From a virus: a stretch of DNA of 64,000 bases. Within the stretch, counting starts at the first letter, position 1. The number at the start of each line of letters is the position of its first letter. Where the stretch lies: the IMG/VR virus record IMGVR_UViG_3300017971_000033; one strand, 5' to 3'. A program made the translations under genes and the position numbers. The notes beneath the pieces were generated by a model, which ran no database searches, was not told the origin of the DNA, and saw only the letters and a list, made by a program, of their open reading frames with translations. Positions 32,998 to 43,069 of the stretch are shown here, in pieces.

Positions 32998-33497
32998 CTA
33001 AATCGCTCACAACGATTGAAGGCGTACAAGCCACCCCGACCGCGTTGCTGATTAGCCGGCAAATGGATTTTGGCGAATGGGAGCAAGTAGGGAAGGATCT
33101 CGGACGCATTAACCAAGGCCTCCTTTGGTGGATAGGGGATTGGCTGAACTACGGCGAGCGGGCTTATGGGGAGTCCTACGCGCAAGCGATGGAAGTAACC
33201 GGAAAGGCTTATGCCACCGTAAAGCAAGCAGCCTACATCGCAAAGAAGTTCCCGCCCGAGGTTCGGCGTGAAGGCGTGACATTCAGCCATTACGGCGTAA
33301 TTGCCGGATTGCCGGATGACATCGGAGACCGGCTGATCAAACTGGCAGAAGGCAACCAGTGGTCGGTGACCGAGCTCAAGGAGCAACGCGCAAAGGTGGA
33401 AAACAAAGAAGAGCCAAAGCGCGAGAAGGATCCGGAAACAATAATCTGCCCGCACTGCAACAAGGAATTCTTGCTTTCAGAGGCCGGTAGCTTGTGA
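32994..33497 (+). CDS. conserved phage protein with 'WWIGDWLNYGE' motif and C-terminal CxxC
   Basis: 167 aa. I have seen the motif in phage/plasmid DNA-binding proteins but cannot name the family. Confidence 0.5.
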   Translation: MTKSLTTIEGVQATPTALLISRQMDFGEWEQVGKDLGRINQGLLWWIGDWLNYGERAYGESYAQAMEVTGKAYATVKQAAYIAKKFPPEVRREGVTFSHYGVIAGLPDDIGDRLIKLAEGNQWSVTELKEQRAKVENKEEPKREKDPETIICPHCNKEFLLSEAGSL

Positions 33498-33874
33498 GTT
33501 CCCGCGTATCAAGGCGTGCGGCCAAGGTCGATGCGAATCAACCCGGAATTGTGGATGCTCTCCGGGAGATTCCCGGGATGTCTGTCGAGGTAGACCATGA
33601 CGATATTTTGGTCGGCTATAAAGGCCGCACGTATTGGTACGAAATAAAAGCAGAGTGTCATCGCAACAAGATGACCAAGGCTTGCAATTACGGCGCGCTC
33701 AAGGATAAGCAGAAAGATCTTTTGCGCGACTGGAAAGGCCACTACAAGATTGTCTTTACCGTTGACGAAATCCTCAAGGACATTGGAATCACGCAGGAGG
33801 ACTTGCGGCGCATGGAGCTGCTCAAGCCTTGGGGCTATGTTGACGGGGAAATACCGGATAAAATCGAGGAATGA
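33494..33874 (+). CDS. PD-(D/E)XK / VRR-NUC-like nuclease (resolvase candidate)
   Basis: 'KVDANQPGIVDALREIPGMSV' then 'DDILVGYKGRTYWYEIK' (D...E-x-K). Confidence 0.45.
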   Translation: MSSRVSRRAAKVDANQPGIVDALREIPGMSVEVDHDDILVGYKGRTYWYEIKAECHRNKMTKACNYGALKDKQKDLLRDWKGHYKIVFTVDEILKDIGITQEDLRRMELLKPWGYVDGEIPDKIEE

Positions 33875-34311
33875 TATCCACGAAGGAATTGAATGAATTA
33901 CGTGACAAGCGCGGGCTGTCAGAAATTCCTGACGGCGACGAAGCTACCATGCTATTCAGAACGGCGCAGCTAAGCGGCTATCTATTCTTGTGGGAGCGAA
34001 TTCCATCAGACCATACCAGTGACAACGGCGCACTCTATGGCCGAATCTCGCGGGCTATGGAGGAGCACTTTGGTGTTTCACCGAAAGGCTACAAGGGGGA
34101 GAGTGATCTCGACAAACTCAGAGAGGCAGGAGTTTTGTCCGGCTACTTTATGGCGAGCGAGGATTATTGGAGTATTCTCGGAGAAGATGTCTTCACACAT
34201 CGTTGCGGTTATATCAGCTCAAGATACTGGAATGACGCGGCCTTCTACCTAACCAAGAGCAAAAGTGGATTTGTCATATGGCCAAGCGCGTCAGCAAGTC
34301 GAAATCAATAA
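33871..34311 (+). CDS. hypothetical protein
   Basis: 146-aa ORF. Confidence 0.5.
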   Translation: MISTKELNELRDKRGLSEIPDGDEATMLFRTAQLSGYLFLWERIPSDHTSDNGALYGRISRAMEEHFGVSPKGYKGESDLDKLREAGVLSGYFMASEDYWSILGEDVFTHRCGYISSRYWNDAAFYLTKSKSGFVIWPSASASRNQ

Positions 34312-34634
34312 AGCAAATTGTCTGCGTCTGTTGGGAGGATATCCACTTCCATCAGAACTGGAACGAGCATGACCCGCAAGCCCTGCTCAACACGGATTTG
34401 CCAATATTCCGCAGCATTGGTATTTTAATCCGCAAAAGTAATCCGGTAACGATTGCCGCAACCGTTACACCCGACGAGGACGGCAAGCCGGTGTACTCGG
34501 ATATAACACGCTTCCCGAAAGGCTGCATACAAAGCATTGACACTATCGGGGAGCTGGATATATCACCATGCGAACGAGGGAACTATGGATCACAAAACGC
34601 AAAACAACGTTGTCAACGCAATCGTCGCCGTTAG
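34278..34634 (+). CDS. hypothetical protein
   Basis: 118-aa ORF. Confidence 0.45.
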   Translation: MAKRVSKSKSIKQIVCVCWEDIHFHQNWNEHDPQALLNTDLPIFRSIGILIRKSNPVTIAATVTPDEDGKPVYSDITRFPKGCIQSIDTIGELDISPCERGNYGSQNAKQRCQRNRRR

Positions 34635-34824
34635 AAAGGCAAAGGCGAAAACGCAGGAAGAAATCAGAAAGGCTGTAGCTTTGGCCGCATCGCAGTTTGA
34701 GGAAGAGACCGGCCTTTCAATCACTGCCGTCGATATCCGGATTAATGAATACCACGCGCACGGCTACAAGCCACAATTCACCGTGGCTGAATGTCATATC
34801 AACACAACCTTCGAGCACTACTAA
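34585..34824 (+). CDS. hypothetical protein
   Basis: GAGGGA lies before ATG 34585 ('MDHKTQNNVV'). Confidence 0.45.
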   Translation: MDHKTQNNVVNAIVAVRKAKAKTQEEIRKAVALAASQFEEETGLSITAVDIRINEYHAHGYKPQFTVAECHINTTFEHY

Positions 34825-34839
34825 CCAAGGAGTAAAGCA

Positions 34840-35343
34840 ATGAGCGATTGGAAAAACCGTATTGTAGGCAGCGGAGAAGAGAACCCCGAGCAGTTACTTG
34901 CCAACCCGAAGAACTGGCGAGTACATCCGCAATTCCAGCAGGATTCACTGGAAGCGGTTTTAGACTCGGTTGGTTTCGTCGCTCCTGTGCGCGTCAACAA
35001 GAACACGGGGCATATCGTGGATGGCCACCTGCGTGTGCAGATCGCCATGCGCAAAGGTCAGCCGACAGTCCCGGTCGACTACCTTGACCTTACCCCGGAA
35101 GAGGAGGATCTTGTTCTTGCGACCTTTGACCCAATCGCCGCGTTAGCCGTGTCAGACAATGAGAAGATTGAAGAACTCATGGCCGACATCGAGGTCGATG
35201 ACGAAAGGCTGCAAGACTTGTTGAGCACGCTGGACATCAACAAGGCAATCAAGGATCTCAAGAACAAGTCGAAAGAACTGGATCCGAACGACTACAACGA
35301 TTTCGAGCACAAGTGTCCAAAATGCGGATTTGAATATGATTAA
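34840..35343 (+). CDS. ParB-like nuclease-domain protein with C-terminal zinc ribbon
   Basis: 'NPKNWRVHPQFQQDSLEAVLDSVGFVAPVRVN..GHIVDGHLR' is ParB N-terminal-domain-like. The C-terminus carries 'HKCPKCG'. Confidence 0.65.
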   Translation: MSDWKNRIVGSGEENPEQLLANPKNWRVHPQFQQDSLEAVLDSVGFVAPVRVNKNTGHIVDGHLRVQIAMRKGQPTVPVDYLDLTPEEEDLVLATFDPIAALAVSDNEKIEELMADIEVDDERLQDLLSTLDINKAIKDLKNKSKELDPNDYNDFEHKCPKCGFEYD

Positions 35344-36355
35344 ACCATGCAAGCATAGCTGGTACCTTAAGGATCTTGAGAAGGTGCCGAAAAACGGCAA
35401 GACCGTTTTCTCAGCTTTCCATTGCGGTGGCGGCTCTAGCATGGGCTATAAGCTCGCAGGATATAACGTGCTCGGCGGGGTCGAGATCGACAAAGACATG
35501 ATGACGATCTACCGCAAGAACTTCAATCCAGTCCGCTCGTACCTCATGGGCGTGCAGGATTTCAACAAGATCCCGAACGATGAACTGCCGAAGGAATTAT
35601 TCAACCTCGACATCCTTGACGGCTCGCCACCATGCAGCAACTTCTCCCTCTCCGGGAACCGTGAAAAGGATTGGGGCAAAGAAAAGTATTTCCGGGAAGG
35701 CCAAGCCAAGCAGGTTCTTGATGACCTGTTTTTCCACTTCATCGACATGGCCGACAAGCTACAGCCAAAAGTTATCGTTGCGGAGAATGTCAAAGGCCTG
35801 CTAATCGGCGCCGCAAAGGGCTATGTCAAGATGATCCTCCAGCAGTTCAAGGAAATCGGCTATGAGGTTCAAATGTTCCTGCTGAATTCGGCCTTCATGG
35901 AAGTGCCGCAACGCAGGGAGCGCGTATTCTTCATCGCGCACAAGACCGGCAAGAGGCTCCAGCTTGATTTCAACTACAAGCCAATCCCGTGCAAGGATGT
36001 CGTATTACACGACCGATCGGGCAAGGATTTATCCAAGGCCGCGGCATATACAACGTGGAAGCGCGTAAAGCCCGGACAGTCACTAAGCCACGGACACCCC
36101 AAGGGATCTTATTTCAACTGGTACCGCATCGACGGCAACCAGCCTTTCCCGACACTGGCCTCGGGTAGCTGGGGTTGTCAAATGTATTGGGACGAGCCAT
36201 ATGGATTTGCCCCGATGGATTTCACGCGGATCCAGTCATTCCCCGATGACTATGACTACGGCAAGGAGGAGGCCGGCTATGTTTGCGGGATGTCGGTACC
36301 GCCGAAAATGATGATGCACATCGCCAAAGAGATCGAAATTCAATTACTAAGCTAG
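35330..36355 (+). CDS. DNA (cytosine-5)-methyltransferase
   Basis: Motif I 'FSAFHCGGGSSMG', motif IV 'GSPPCSNFS', motif VI 'AENVKGL', motif VIII 'QRRERVF'. Confidence 0.85.
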   Translation: MNMIKPCKHSWYLKDLEKVPKNGKTVFSAFHCGGGSSMGYKLAGYNVLGGVEIDKDMMTIYRKNFNPVRSYLMGVQDFNKIPNDELPKELFNLDILDGSPPCSNFSLSGNREKDWGKEKYFREGQAKQVLDDLFFHFIDMADKLQPKVIVAENVKGLLIGAAKGYVKMILQQFKEIGYEVQMFLLNSAFMEVPQRRERVFFIAHKTGKRLQLDFNYKPIPCKDVVLHDRSGKDLSKAAAYTTWKRVKPGQSLSHGHPKGSYFNWYRIDGNQPFPTLASGSWGCQMYWDEPYGFAPMDFTRIQSFPDDYDYGKEEAGYVCGMSVPPKMMMHIAKEIEIQLLS

Positions 36356-36367
36356 AGGACGCCCCTT

Positions 36368-36706
36368 ATGGATATCAAAACCGCGCTTGACTTTATCAAG
36401 AAATACGCCCCGGAGGATTTACGGGAAGCCTACCGTGAAATCGCTGAAGAGCATAGCTTACGAACACAAGCCGAATTAGCAATAATCCGGGATGCCGCGA
36501 GCCAAGAGATAAACCATAAAGCCGTGTCATACTGGATGGACATGGCAATAGAAGCGCAAAGGCAAACCGCGCGAAGCTACAAGATCGGGGTAACTGCCGG
36601 ACGCATGGAGAGTATGCTTTACCTCGAAAACCGAATGGAGACCTATAGCAGCAACCTGTTACGAGACAAGTTCTTCCCGCAGGAGCAGACCAATGGCCGG
36701 GGATAA
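36368..36706 (+). CDS. hypothetical protein
   Basis: 112-aa ORF preceding terS. Confidence 0.5.
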   Translation: MDIKTALDFIKKYAPEDLREAYREIAEEHSLRTQAELAIIRDAASQEINHKAVSYWMDMAIEAQRQTARSYKIGVTAGRMESMLYLENRMETYSSNLLRDKFFPQEQTNGRG

Positions 36707-37190
36707 GCGCGGAAGGAATTACAAGCTGAACCCGAAGATGGTTGAGCAGATCGTTGAACTCATAAGGGCCGGAAACTATGCAAGGACCGCATGCGAGGCT
36801 GTTGGAATATCCGAGCAGACATATTACACGTATCTCAACCGTGGAAAGCGAGAAGCAACCCGGAGACAACGACTTACCGATCTCGGTCATCCAGTGGACG
36901 ACAATGGCGAGGGGATCTTTCTAGAATTCCTTGAGGCTGTCAAAAGAGCCGAAGCCGAATCGGAGTCTGTTGCGGTCATGCACGTACGCCGTGCGATGTC
37001 GGATTCATGGCAGGCTGCAATGACTTACCTTGAACGCAAACACCCCGATCGCTGGGGCAGGCGGGACAAGAACATCAATGTCAACGTGGATGCCAGCAAG
37101 CAACTAGACCTCACCAAGCTCGATGACGACCAGCTAGAGAAGCTGGAGGAGTTGCTTATGGAAGCGGCCCCGGACGAGGATGATGGCTGA
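36693..37190 (+). CDS. terS: terminase small subunit
   Basis: 'KRGRNYKLNPKMVEQIVELIRAGNYARTACEAVGISEQTYYTYLNRG' is an HTH typical of TerS. Lies upstream of terL. Confidence 0.7.
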   Translation: MAGDKRGRNYKLNPKMVEQIVELIRAGNYARTACEAVGISEQTYYTYLNRGKREATRRQRLTDLGHPVDDNGEGIFLEFLEAVKRAEAESESVAVMHVRRAMSDSWQAAMTYLERKHPDRWGRRDKNINVNVDASKQLDLTKLDDDQLEKLEELLMEAAPDEDDG

Positions 37191-37365
37191 AATTATAGAC
37201 ATGGAAAGGATGCGCAAGAAAAAACGCCATGACGTTGTATGGCAATGCGGTTGCGGCAATCAGACCTTTTTCCTTGTCAAAGGCGGTACCGTCCAGTGCG
37301 CTCGGTGTGATTCGGTATCCAAGACAAAGCGCTGGTATGACGAAACGCCGCAAGAAGCCGGATGA
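37180..37365 (+). CDS. small zinc-ribbon protein
   Basis: 'WQCGCGNQTFFLVKGGTVQCARCD'. Confidence 0.45.
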   Translation: MMAEIIDMERMRKKKRHDVVWQCGCGNQTFFLVKGGTVQCARCDSVSKTKRWYDETPQEAG

Positions 37366-38799
37366 ATGGAGCAGGGGTATTTAACAACCGTCCAAGCCGA
37401 ACGGGCGCGACGGGACCTGACACGCTTTCTCCAAGAATCATGGAAGGTTGTTGAGCCGCATACCCCGTATCAGCATAACTGGCATGTAGACCTTATCTCC
37501 GAATACCTGATGGCGGTTACGCTTGGGGAAATCAAGCGGCTGATCATCAACATTTGCCCGCGTATCGGTAAGTCCCGACATATCACGACCGCATGGCCCG
37601 TTTGGGAATGGATTGAGAACCCGCAATACCGCTACCTGTTTTCCTCGTATTCCAAAGACCTTGCACGCGACCACTCACGCGAGCGCAGGCTGATCATTGA
37701 AAGCGATTGGTACCAAGAGCGTTGGGGCAGTCGGTTTGTTCTCCAAGGCGATCAGAACGTTGTCACCTACTTCGCCAACAACATGGGCGGCAGGATGCAG
37801 GCGCGCGGCACAAGCGGCGCAGGTACCGGCAAGGGCGGCTCACGGGTCATTGTCGATGATCCGCATAACGTCAAGCAGGCTGAATCCGCAGTCCAGCGAG
37901 AACAGGCCTTGCATGATTTCGACAAGAACCTGTCTACCCGCCTCGATGATCCGACTAAGGGCGCCATAGTCCTTGTCATGCAGCGATTACATTACAACGA
38001 TCTGACGGGACACATCCTTTCCCGTATGCAAGGCTGGACGCATGTTGTCATCCCGACAATTCAGCCGAAGGATCAGGTTTACATAATGCCGCGCTCCGGG
38101 AAAGAGATTGAGCGGAAGAAGGATCAGGTGCTAATGCCGTCGCGGCAAGACGATGCTTTTATCCAAGAGCAGAAGATGGCGCTTGGCTCTAATGGTTTTG
38201 CTGCGCAGCACCAGCAGGATCCGGCACCGGAAGGCGGCAACCGTATCAAGCTCGACTGGTTCCCGCGTTACAAATACAACCCCGGAGACAACTACAAAAA
38301 CGTCATCATCTCTTGGGATACCGGCCTCAAGCCGAAGGATACCTCTGCGCCGTCTGTCGGCCTTGTATTTGGCGAATTCAAGGAACGCTGGCGGCTTATT
38401 GATATTTACCGCGATCAGGTTGGCTACCCCGAGCTACGCCGACAGGTGATCAAGAAGTTCAATAAATACTTGCCTACCGCGGTATTGATAGAGGATAAGG
38501 CGAGCGGCATCAGCCTTATTCAAGAACTGAAAGCCGACTATGCCCGCATCCCGGTTATTGCTATCGAGCCGGAAGCGGACAAGGTAACGCGCATGGAAAC
38601 ACAGTCGCCGCACGTTGAAGCCGGACAGATCGAATTGCCGGAAGAGAACAGCGTGTCATGGCTTGCGGACTTCCAGCAAGAGATTATGTTCTTCCCGGAT
38701 CCTCCCTTCTGGGACCAGATCGATGCGCTAAGCCAGTTCTTGAAGTACCAGTACGGCCGCAAGCGTGAAATCATACAAACCAAGCTGACAGGATTGTAG
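37366..38799 (+). CDS. terL: terminase large subunit
   Basis: Walker A-like 'NICPRIGKS', 'VIVDDPH', and C-terminal nuclease block 'FFPDPPFWDQIDALSQ'. Confidence 0.8.
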   Translation: MEQGYLTTVQAERARRDLTRFLQESWKVVEPHTPYQHNWHVDLISEYLMAVTLGEIKRLIINICPRIGKSRHITTAWPVWEWIENPQYRYLFSSYSKDLARDHSRERRLIIESDWYQERWGSRFVLQGDQNVVTYFANNMGGRMQARGTSGAGTGKGGSRVIVDDPHNVKQAESAVQREQALHDFDKNLSTRLDDPTKGAIVLVMQRLHYNDLTGHILSRMQGWTHVVIPTIQPKDQVYIMPRSGKEIERKKDQVLMPSRQDDAFIQEQKMALGSNGFAAQHQQDPAPEGGNRIKLDWFPRYKYNPGDNYKNVIISWDTGLKPKDTSAPSVGLVFGEFKERWRLIDIYRDQVGYPELRRQVIKKFNKYLPTAVLIEDKASGISLIQELKADYARIPVIAIEPEADKVTRMETQSPHVEAGQIELPEENSVSWLADFQQEIMFFPDPPFWDQIDALSQFLKYQYGRKREIIQTKLTGL

Positions 38800-38877
38800 C
38801 CATAGCAGTTTTTTGTTAAGGTCGCAACATACCGAGTGGCGGGGCCGCTCTTTCTGAACAACAGAAGGGGGCAGGTT

Positions 38878-40365
38878 ATGCCGGTCAACTCAGAACATCC
38901 GCAATACAAAATCCGCAAAGACCAGTGGCGCAAGTGCCGCCATACCATCGCCGGATCTGACACGATCAAAAAGCACACCACGGAATATCTGCCGCCGCTG
39001 GCAGAGCAGACCGATGGTGAATACCACGCCTACCTGTCACGCGCGTTGTTCTATGGCGCTTCCAGCCGTACCGTACAAGCCTTGATGGGCGCGATATTCC
39101 GCAAGCCCTACAACGTCAAATACCCCGAAGAACTCGAATACCAGCTAGAGAACATTACCAAGGACGGCAAAGACCTTGATACCTTTGTCCGCGATGTTGT
39201 TTACGAGATCATATCCGCAGGCCGCGTTGCCATTCTCCCGGATGCGTTAAAGCTAAAGGAAAACGAAACGGCAACGACATCGAACGCAAGACCTTATCTC
39301 GCGGTATATACCACGGAAGCGCTTATCAACTGGCGAACCATGCTGCTGGAAGGCGAAGAGCAAGTCATTATGGCCGTGCTGGAGGAGTCCTACACGGAGC
39401 AGAAGCAGAATGATGAATATGAGCTGGAGGTCAAGACGCAATACCGCGTGCTGCGTATCGGCATGGAAGGCAGAGGCCAAGGCGCGCGGTATCAGCAAGA
39501 CGTTTATCGCAAAGTCCGTGACAAGTGGGTTGTCGTCCCGGAACTGCATGCGGCCCCTGTGCGTATTGGTACGCCGCTGACGAATATCCCGCTGGAAATC
39601 ATAAACACCTACGATCTGACAACCGATGCAGACAAGCCGCCGCTGCTGGATCTTATTGAAGTCAACCTGTCTCACTTCCGCACCTCTGCTGATCTTGAGC
39701 ATGGTGCACATTACACCGCGTTGCCTACCGCTTGGGTTGCCGGATTCCCGAAGGGTAGCAAGTTGCGTATCGGCTCAAGTTCCGCATGGATGACAGAAGA
39801 GACTGATGCCAAGGCCGGCTTCTTGGAATACACCGGCAAGGGATTAAGCACCCTGCAAGAAATCAAGCGCGACAAGGAACAGTTGATGGCTATCCTTGGC
39901 GCTCGGTTACTGGAGGAAAACAAGAAAGCCGCCGAAGCCGCTGACACGCTCAAGATCCGCGCAGCAAGCGAGACAGGTTCACTGACCGCGATGGCAAAGA
40001 ATATTTCTTCCGGGATTACCGAGGCGCTCAAGACGCTGGCGTGGTGGAGCGGTGCGAGTGACCAGCAGATTGAAGAGATTGCCTTTGAGCTGAATACCGA
40101 CTTCATCGACACCAAGCTGTCACCGCAGGAGATGCAGGCGCTTATGCAGCTATACCAAGGCGGCAGTATTTCGCAGGATACTTTCCTCTATAACCTCAAG
40201 CGCGGCGAAGTTCTCCCGGATGATGTCACTATCGATGACGAAAAGGATCTCATTGAGATGGACGAGGAGCAGGAGCCGGATATGACTAACGTAACGCCGT
40301 TCAAGCGCAGCTTCTCTGTCGAGCGTGACGAGCAAGGCCAGCTTGTCGGCGTCAACGAGGAATAA
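38878..40365 (+). CDS. portal protein (DUF4055-type)
   Basis: GGGGGCAGG lies before ATG 38878. 'YLPPLAEQTDGEYHAYLSRALFYGASSRTVQALMGAIFRKP' is DUF4055-like. Follows terL. Confidence 0.7.
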   Translation: MPVNSEHPQYKIRKDQWRKCRHTIAGSDTIKKHTTEYLPPLAEQTDGEYHAYLSRALFYGASSRTVQALMGAIFRKPYNVKYPEELEYQLENITKDGKDLDTFVRDVVYEIISAGRVAILPDALKLKENETATTSNARPYLAVYTTEALINWRTMLLEGEEQVIMAVLEESYTEQKQNDEYELEVKTQYRVLRIGMEGRGQGARYQQDVYRKVRDKWVVVPELHAAPVRIGTPLTNIPLEIINTYDLTTDADKPPLLDLIEVNLSHFRTSADLEHGAHYTALPTAWVAGFPKGSKLRIGSSSAWMTEETDAKAGFLEYTGKGLSTLQEIKRDKEQLMAILGARLLEENKKAAEAADTLKIRAASETGSLTAMAKNISSGITEALKTLAWWSGASDQQIEEIAFELNTDFIDTKLSPQEMQALMQLYQGGSISQDTFLYNLKRGEVLPDDVTIDDEKDLIEMDEEQEPDMTNVTPFKRSFSVERDEQGQLVGVNEE

Positions 40366-40368
40366 ACT

Positions 40369-40716
40369 ATGGCAAGCATGACACCCTACGGACGGAAGGC
40401 TTTTCAAAATGCGATCTTGTCAGTGCCGCATAAAGTCCACCTCTACGTTGAGTCCGGCGAGCTCACGGGTTTTGGTTATTCGCCCAAACGACTTGTCGCC
40501 GCCGAATTCGATGATAACGGCCTTTATCCTGAGCAGATTTGGGTTTTCAATTCAGAAGCAGAAGCAGCTATGGTTCTCGGCTTATATGTCACAGACGCTG
40601 ATGGACAAGTGCTCTACTCTGACCAGTTCCCCGAGCCGTATAAAATCCAGAACCAAGGGGACCGCATCGGGGTCTCGGTGAATATGTCTTTCCTCGGTGC
40701 GTTGGGTAGCGAGTAA
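40369..40716 (+). CDS. hypothetical virion-module protein
   Basis: 115-aa ORF. Confidence 0.5.
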   Translation: MASMTPYGRKAFQNAILSVPHKVHLYVESGELTGFGYSPKRLVAAEFDDNGLYPEQIWVFNSEAEAAMVLGLYVTDADGQVLYSDQFPEPYKIQNQGDRIGVSVNMSFLGALGSE

Positions 40717-40880
40717 TGCCAGTTCAGCCATGCAGGGTAGATGGAAAGCCGGGATATAAGTGGGGGCAGTCCGGGAAGTGTTATCCGTACACGAAGGGAA
40801 ACAAACAAAGCGAAGCCAATGCAATGGCTAAAGCCCAACTGCAAGGCCGAGCGGTTGAAGCTAACAAGGGAACACGATGA
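40716..40880 (+). CDS. 54-aa conserved-looking small phage protein
   Basis: Below the track cutoff. TAATG overlap upstream and ATGA overlap downstream. 'GKPGYKWGQSGKCYPYTKGNKQSEANAMAKAQLQG'. Confidence 0.45.
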   Translation: MPVQPCRVDGKPGYKWGQSGKCYPYTKGNKQSEANAMAKAQLQGRAVEANKGTR

Positions 40881-41065
40881 CAAACCAAGACGGGGATATT
40901 ATTTACTCAGGGGATGAACTGGAACTCAGAGCGGCCGTTACAGAAAGCGGCCGCATTGGTATCGAGCTTGATTCTTGCATGGCAACGACGCCGCACGAAC
41001 CCGAGGAGGTTCAGGCGTTACGCAACTTGCTAAGCAATTTCCTGATTGAGAACGGTTACGAATAA
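40877..41065 (+). CDS. hypothetical acidic protein
   Basis: 62-aa ORF. Confidence 0.45.
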   Translation: MTNQDGDIIYSGDELELRAAVTESGRIGIELDSCMATTPHEPEEVQALRNLLSNFLIENGYE

Positions 41066-43069
41066 ATGGCAGCAAGAACCCAATTAGCAAACAGTGCAAG
41101 CGTGGTGGTCACTTCGGCCACCGCGTCAACTATTGCTGGTTCGGGTTTGGGCGCATGGCTCGGTTATCATATGGCGATCGCTAGCTCCTCTAGCACGAGT
41201 CCCTCACCGTGGGGACAGCCGCGGTATATGTATGCAAGCGCAGGACCAGCCGATACGCTCCGGGTCTCCCCGGAGTTTGACGTTATACCGTCTATCGGCG
41301 ATGACCTGATTGTTGCATGGAATCAGGACGACTATGACGGCGGTTGGGGTAATGATTTCAAGCTGGTGCTAAAGGCCGCGGCTGAATGGGATGTCGGTGC
41401 ATCGCCTGCAACAATCGGCGACGGCACGGATATGTATGTAGGCGGCATCTACAACCAAGCCTTCTCGCAGGATGAATATTGGGACATCCTTGCCGGTAGC
41501 GTATTTGTAGTCGGCTCGCTTAGCGCAGACGAGTCACTCGGTGGATGGTATTGGAACTCCAACAACGCAAACTCAACGCTCGGCTTCCAGTATATCCGCG
41601 TACAAGCCAGCGCCATCCTTGCGGTCTATAACACCAACTGCGGCACCGTATTCCCGCATGCGATTATTTGCCATCCCGGAAGTTTCAATTATTTCTATGA
41701 CGCTTCCTTCACCAATCTCATGTATAACGGCTCGCGGCTAAAGGGAAACACCTATGGCCGCAACCTGAAATTCCAAGGAACAGCGAGCGCGGTTGACTAC
41801 GTTGTTGTCGCTTCCGGGATTGAGAATTTCTACGGCCCGCTGATCCTGTCTGACAGTTACGGCATAAGGTCATCAGTGACAGCCGAATTCCTGCGCATCA
41901 ATCGCTTTGTCGGCGTCAACAATACCTATGACGTTGAGGCTAACAACTCGACAAGCTGGACGTTTGCTAACCCGACATGGGACGCTAACTTCTTGTGGAC
42001 GCAGACAGACGGCTCTTCGGATATCACCGAGCTCTTTACCGTCAGCGCAAACGTGGCGCAAACCGATGGCGCGGTAATCGCAAGCGCGGTATTCCATATC
42101 ACGACAGACATCCTTGAGAACGGATCCAGCACGTTGAGGCAGCGCCATATATTCGCTACGGCAGGAGTGAGCGGCCTTGTCTCGCAGGATGTCACGCGCC
42201 GCTATTGGGCAAGCTCAACGGCCTCGACGCTGTATTACAATCACATTACCCGCGCATGGAAGTACGGCTATCAACCGTATGAAGCGGCAGGTGATTACAC
42301 CAGCGAGTCCGTATTCACCATCGCCATGTCGCCAGATAGCGAGATCACCACATCGACACCGGCCAGTGCCTTGCTGCATGAGGCCAGCTTCTCGAATCAT
42401 GCGACTGACTACGACGGCATTTGGCGCGTGCAGGTCAGCATCACCACGACGGCAACGGTGAGCGCACTGGTGAGCACGGGCGGTTCCTACGAAGGCGTTA
42501 TCCAAGAGATTTACCAAGCAGGTGACGGTCTGACTGCCGAATGGATTCTTGCCAAGACGTCATCGACGACCGGGCAACCGGCTTCGACGGCAACCGCGTG
42601 GCAAGAGTTTGGCATCACGTATGGCACCAATGTTGCCGGTGAAGGCCACAAGTTCTCGTGGCACATCGATGCGCAGAACGAGGCATTGTGGGAAGCCTAT
42701 GACAAGCAGCAGGCGTATTTCGCCGACGCAAGCACGACGACCGCATGGGTCAGCACCGTGAGGACTCAGCGCACCGAGTTGATAGAAAAGACCGGCACCA
42801 ATTACGTGACCGAGGCGTATTACTCGGCTGGTTGTTTCGTTACCAACCGAGGAACCGGCACGGTTAACTACATGACTGCCGATGACGGTTGGACGTTCAC
42901 GCCGCCAACGCAGTACACGTTCACGTTGACGGGCGTTAAAGCCGGAACCGAAGTACGTTTGTTTCATGCCAGCACAAGGGATGAGATTACAGGCGTCGAG
43001 GAGTTATATGCCAACAGTTATGTTGACGATAGCGGCTTCGATACGCCGGGGAGCTGGGTGACGGTATGA
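41066..43069 (+). CDS. large fibre/spike-like structural protein
   Basis: 667 aa, Ser/Thr/Ala/Gly/Asn-rich with beta-rich composition. No named motif. Confidence 0.55.
   Translation: MAARTQLANSASVVVTSATASTIAGSGLGAWLGYHMAIASSSSTSPSPWGQPRYMYASAGPADTLRVSPEFDVIPSIGDDLIVAWNQDDYDGGWGNDFKLVLKAAAEWDVGASPATIGDGTDMYVGGIYNQAFSQDEYWDILAGSVFVVGSLSADESLGGWYWNSNNANSTLGFQYIRVQASAILAVYNTNCGTVFPHAIICHPGSFNYFYDASFTNLMYNGSRLKGNTYGRNLKFQGTASAVDYVVVASGIENFYGPLILSDSYGIRSSVTAEFLRINRFVGVNNTYDVEANNSTSWTFANPTWDANFLWTQTDGSSDITELFTVSANVAQTDGAVIASAVFHITTDILENGSSTLRQRHIFATAGVSGLVSQDVTRRYWASSTASTLYYNHITRAWKYGYQPYEAAGDYTSESVFTIAMSPDSEITTSTPASALLHEASFSNHATDYDGIWRVQVSITTTATVSALVSTGGSYEGVIQEIYQAGDGLTAEWILAKTSSTTGQPASTATAWQEFGITYGTNVAGEGHKFSWHIDAQNEALWEAYDKQQAYFADASTTTAWVSTVRTQRTELIEKTGTNYVTEAYYSAGCFVTNRGTGTVNYMTADDGWTFTPPTQYTFTLTGVKAGTEVRLFHASTRDEITGVEELYANSYVDDSGFDTPGSWVTV

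Noticed and set aside
32621-33455. Two long minus-strand ORFs (32621..33109, 32937..33455)
   Set aside because: They are antisense to the MazG gene and following plus-strand genes, which have clear motifs. The sequences are low in complexity and rich in Arg/Leu/Pro.
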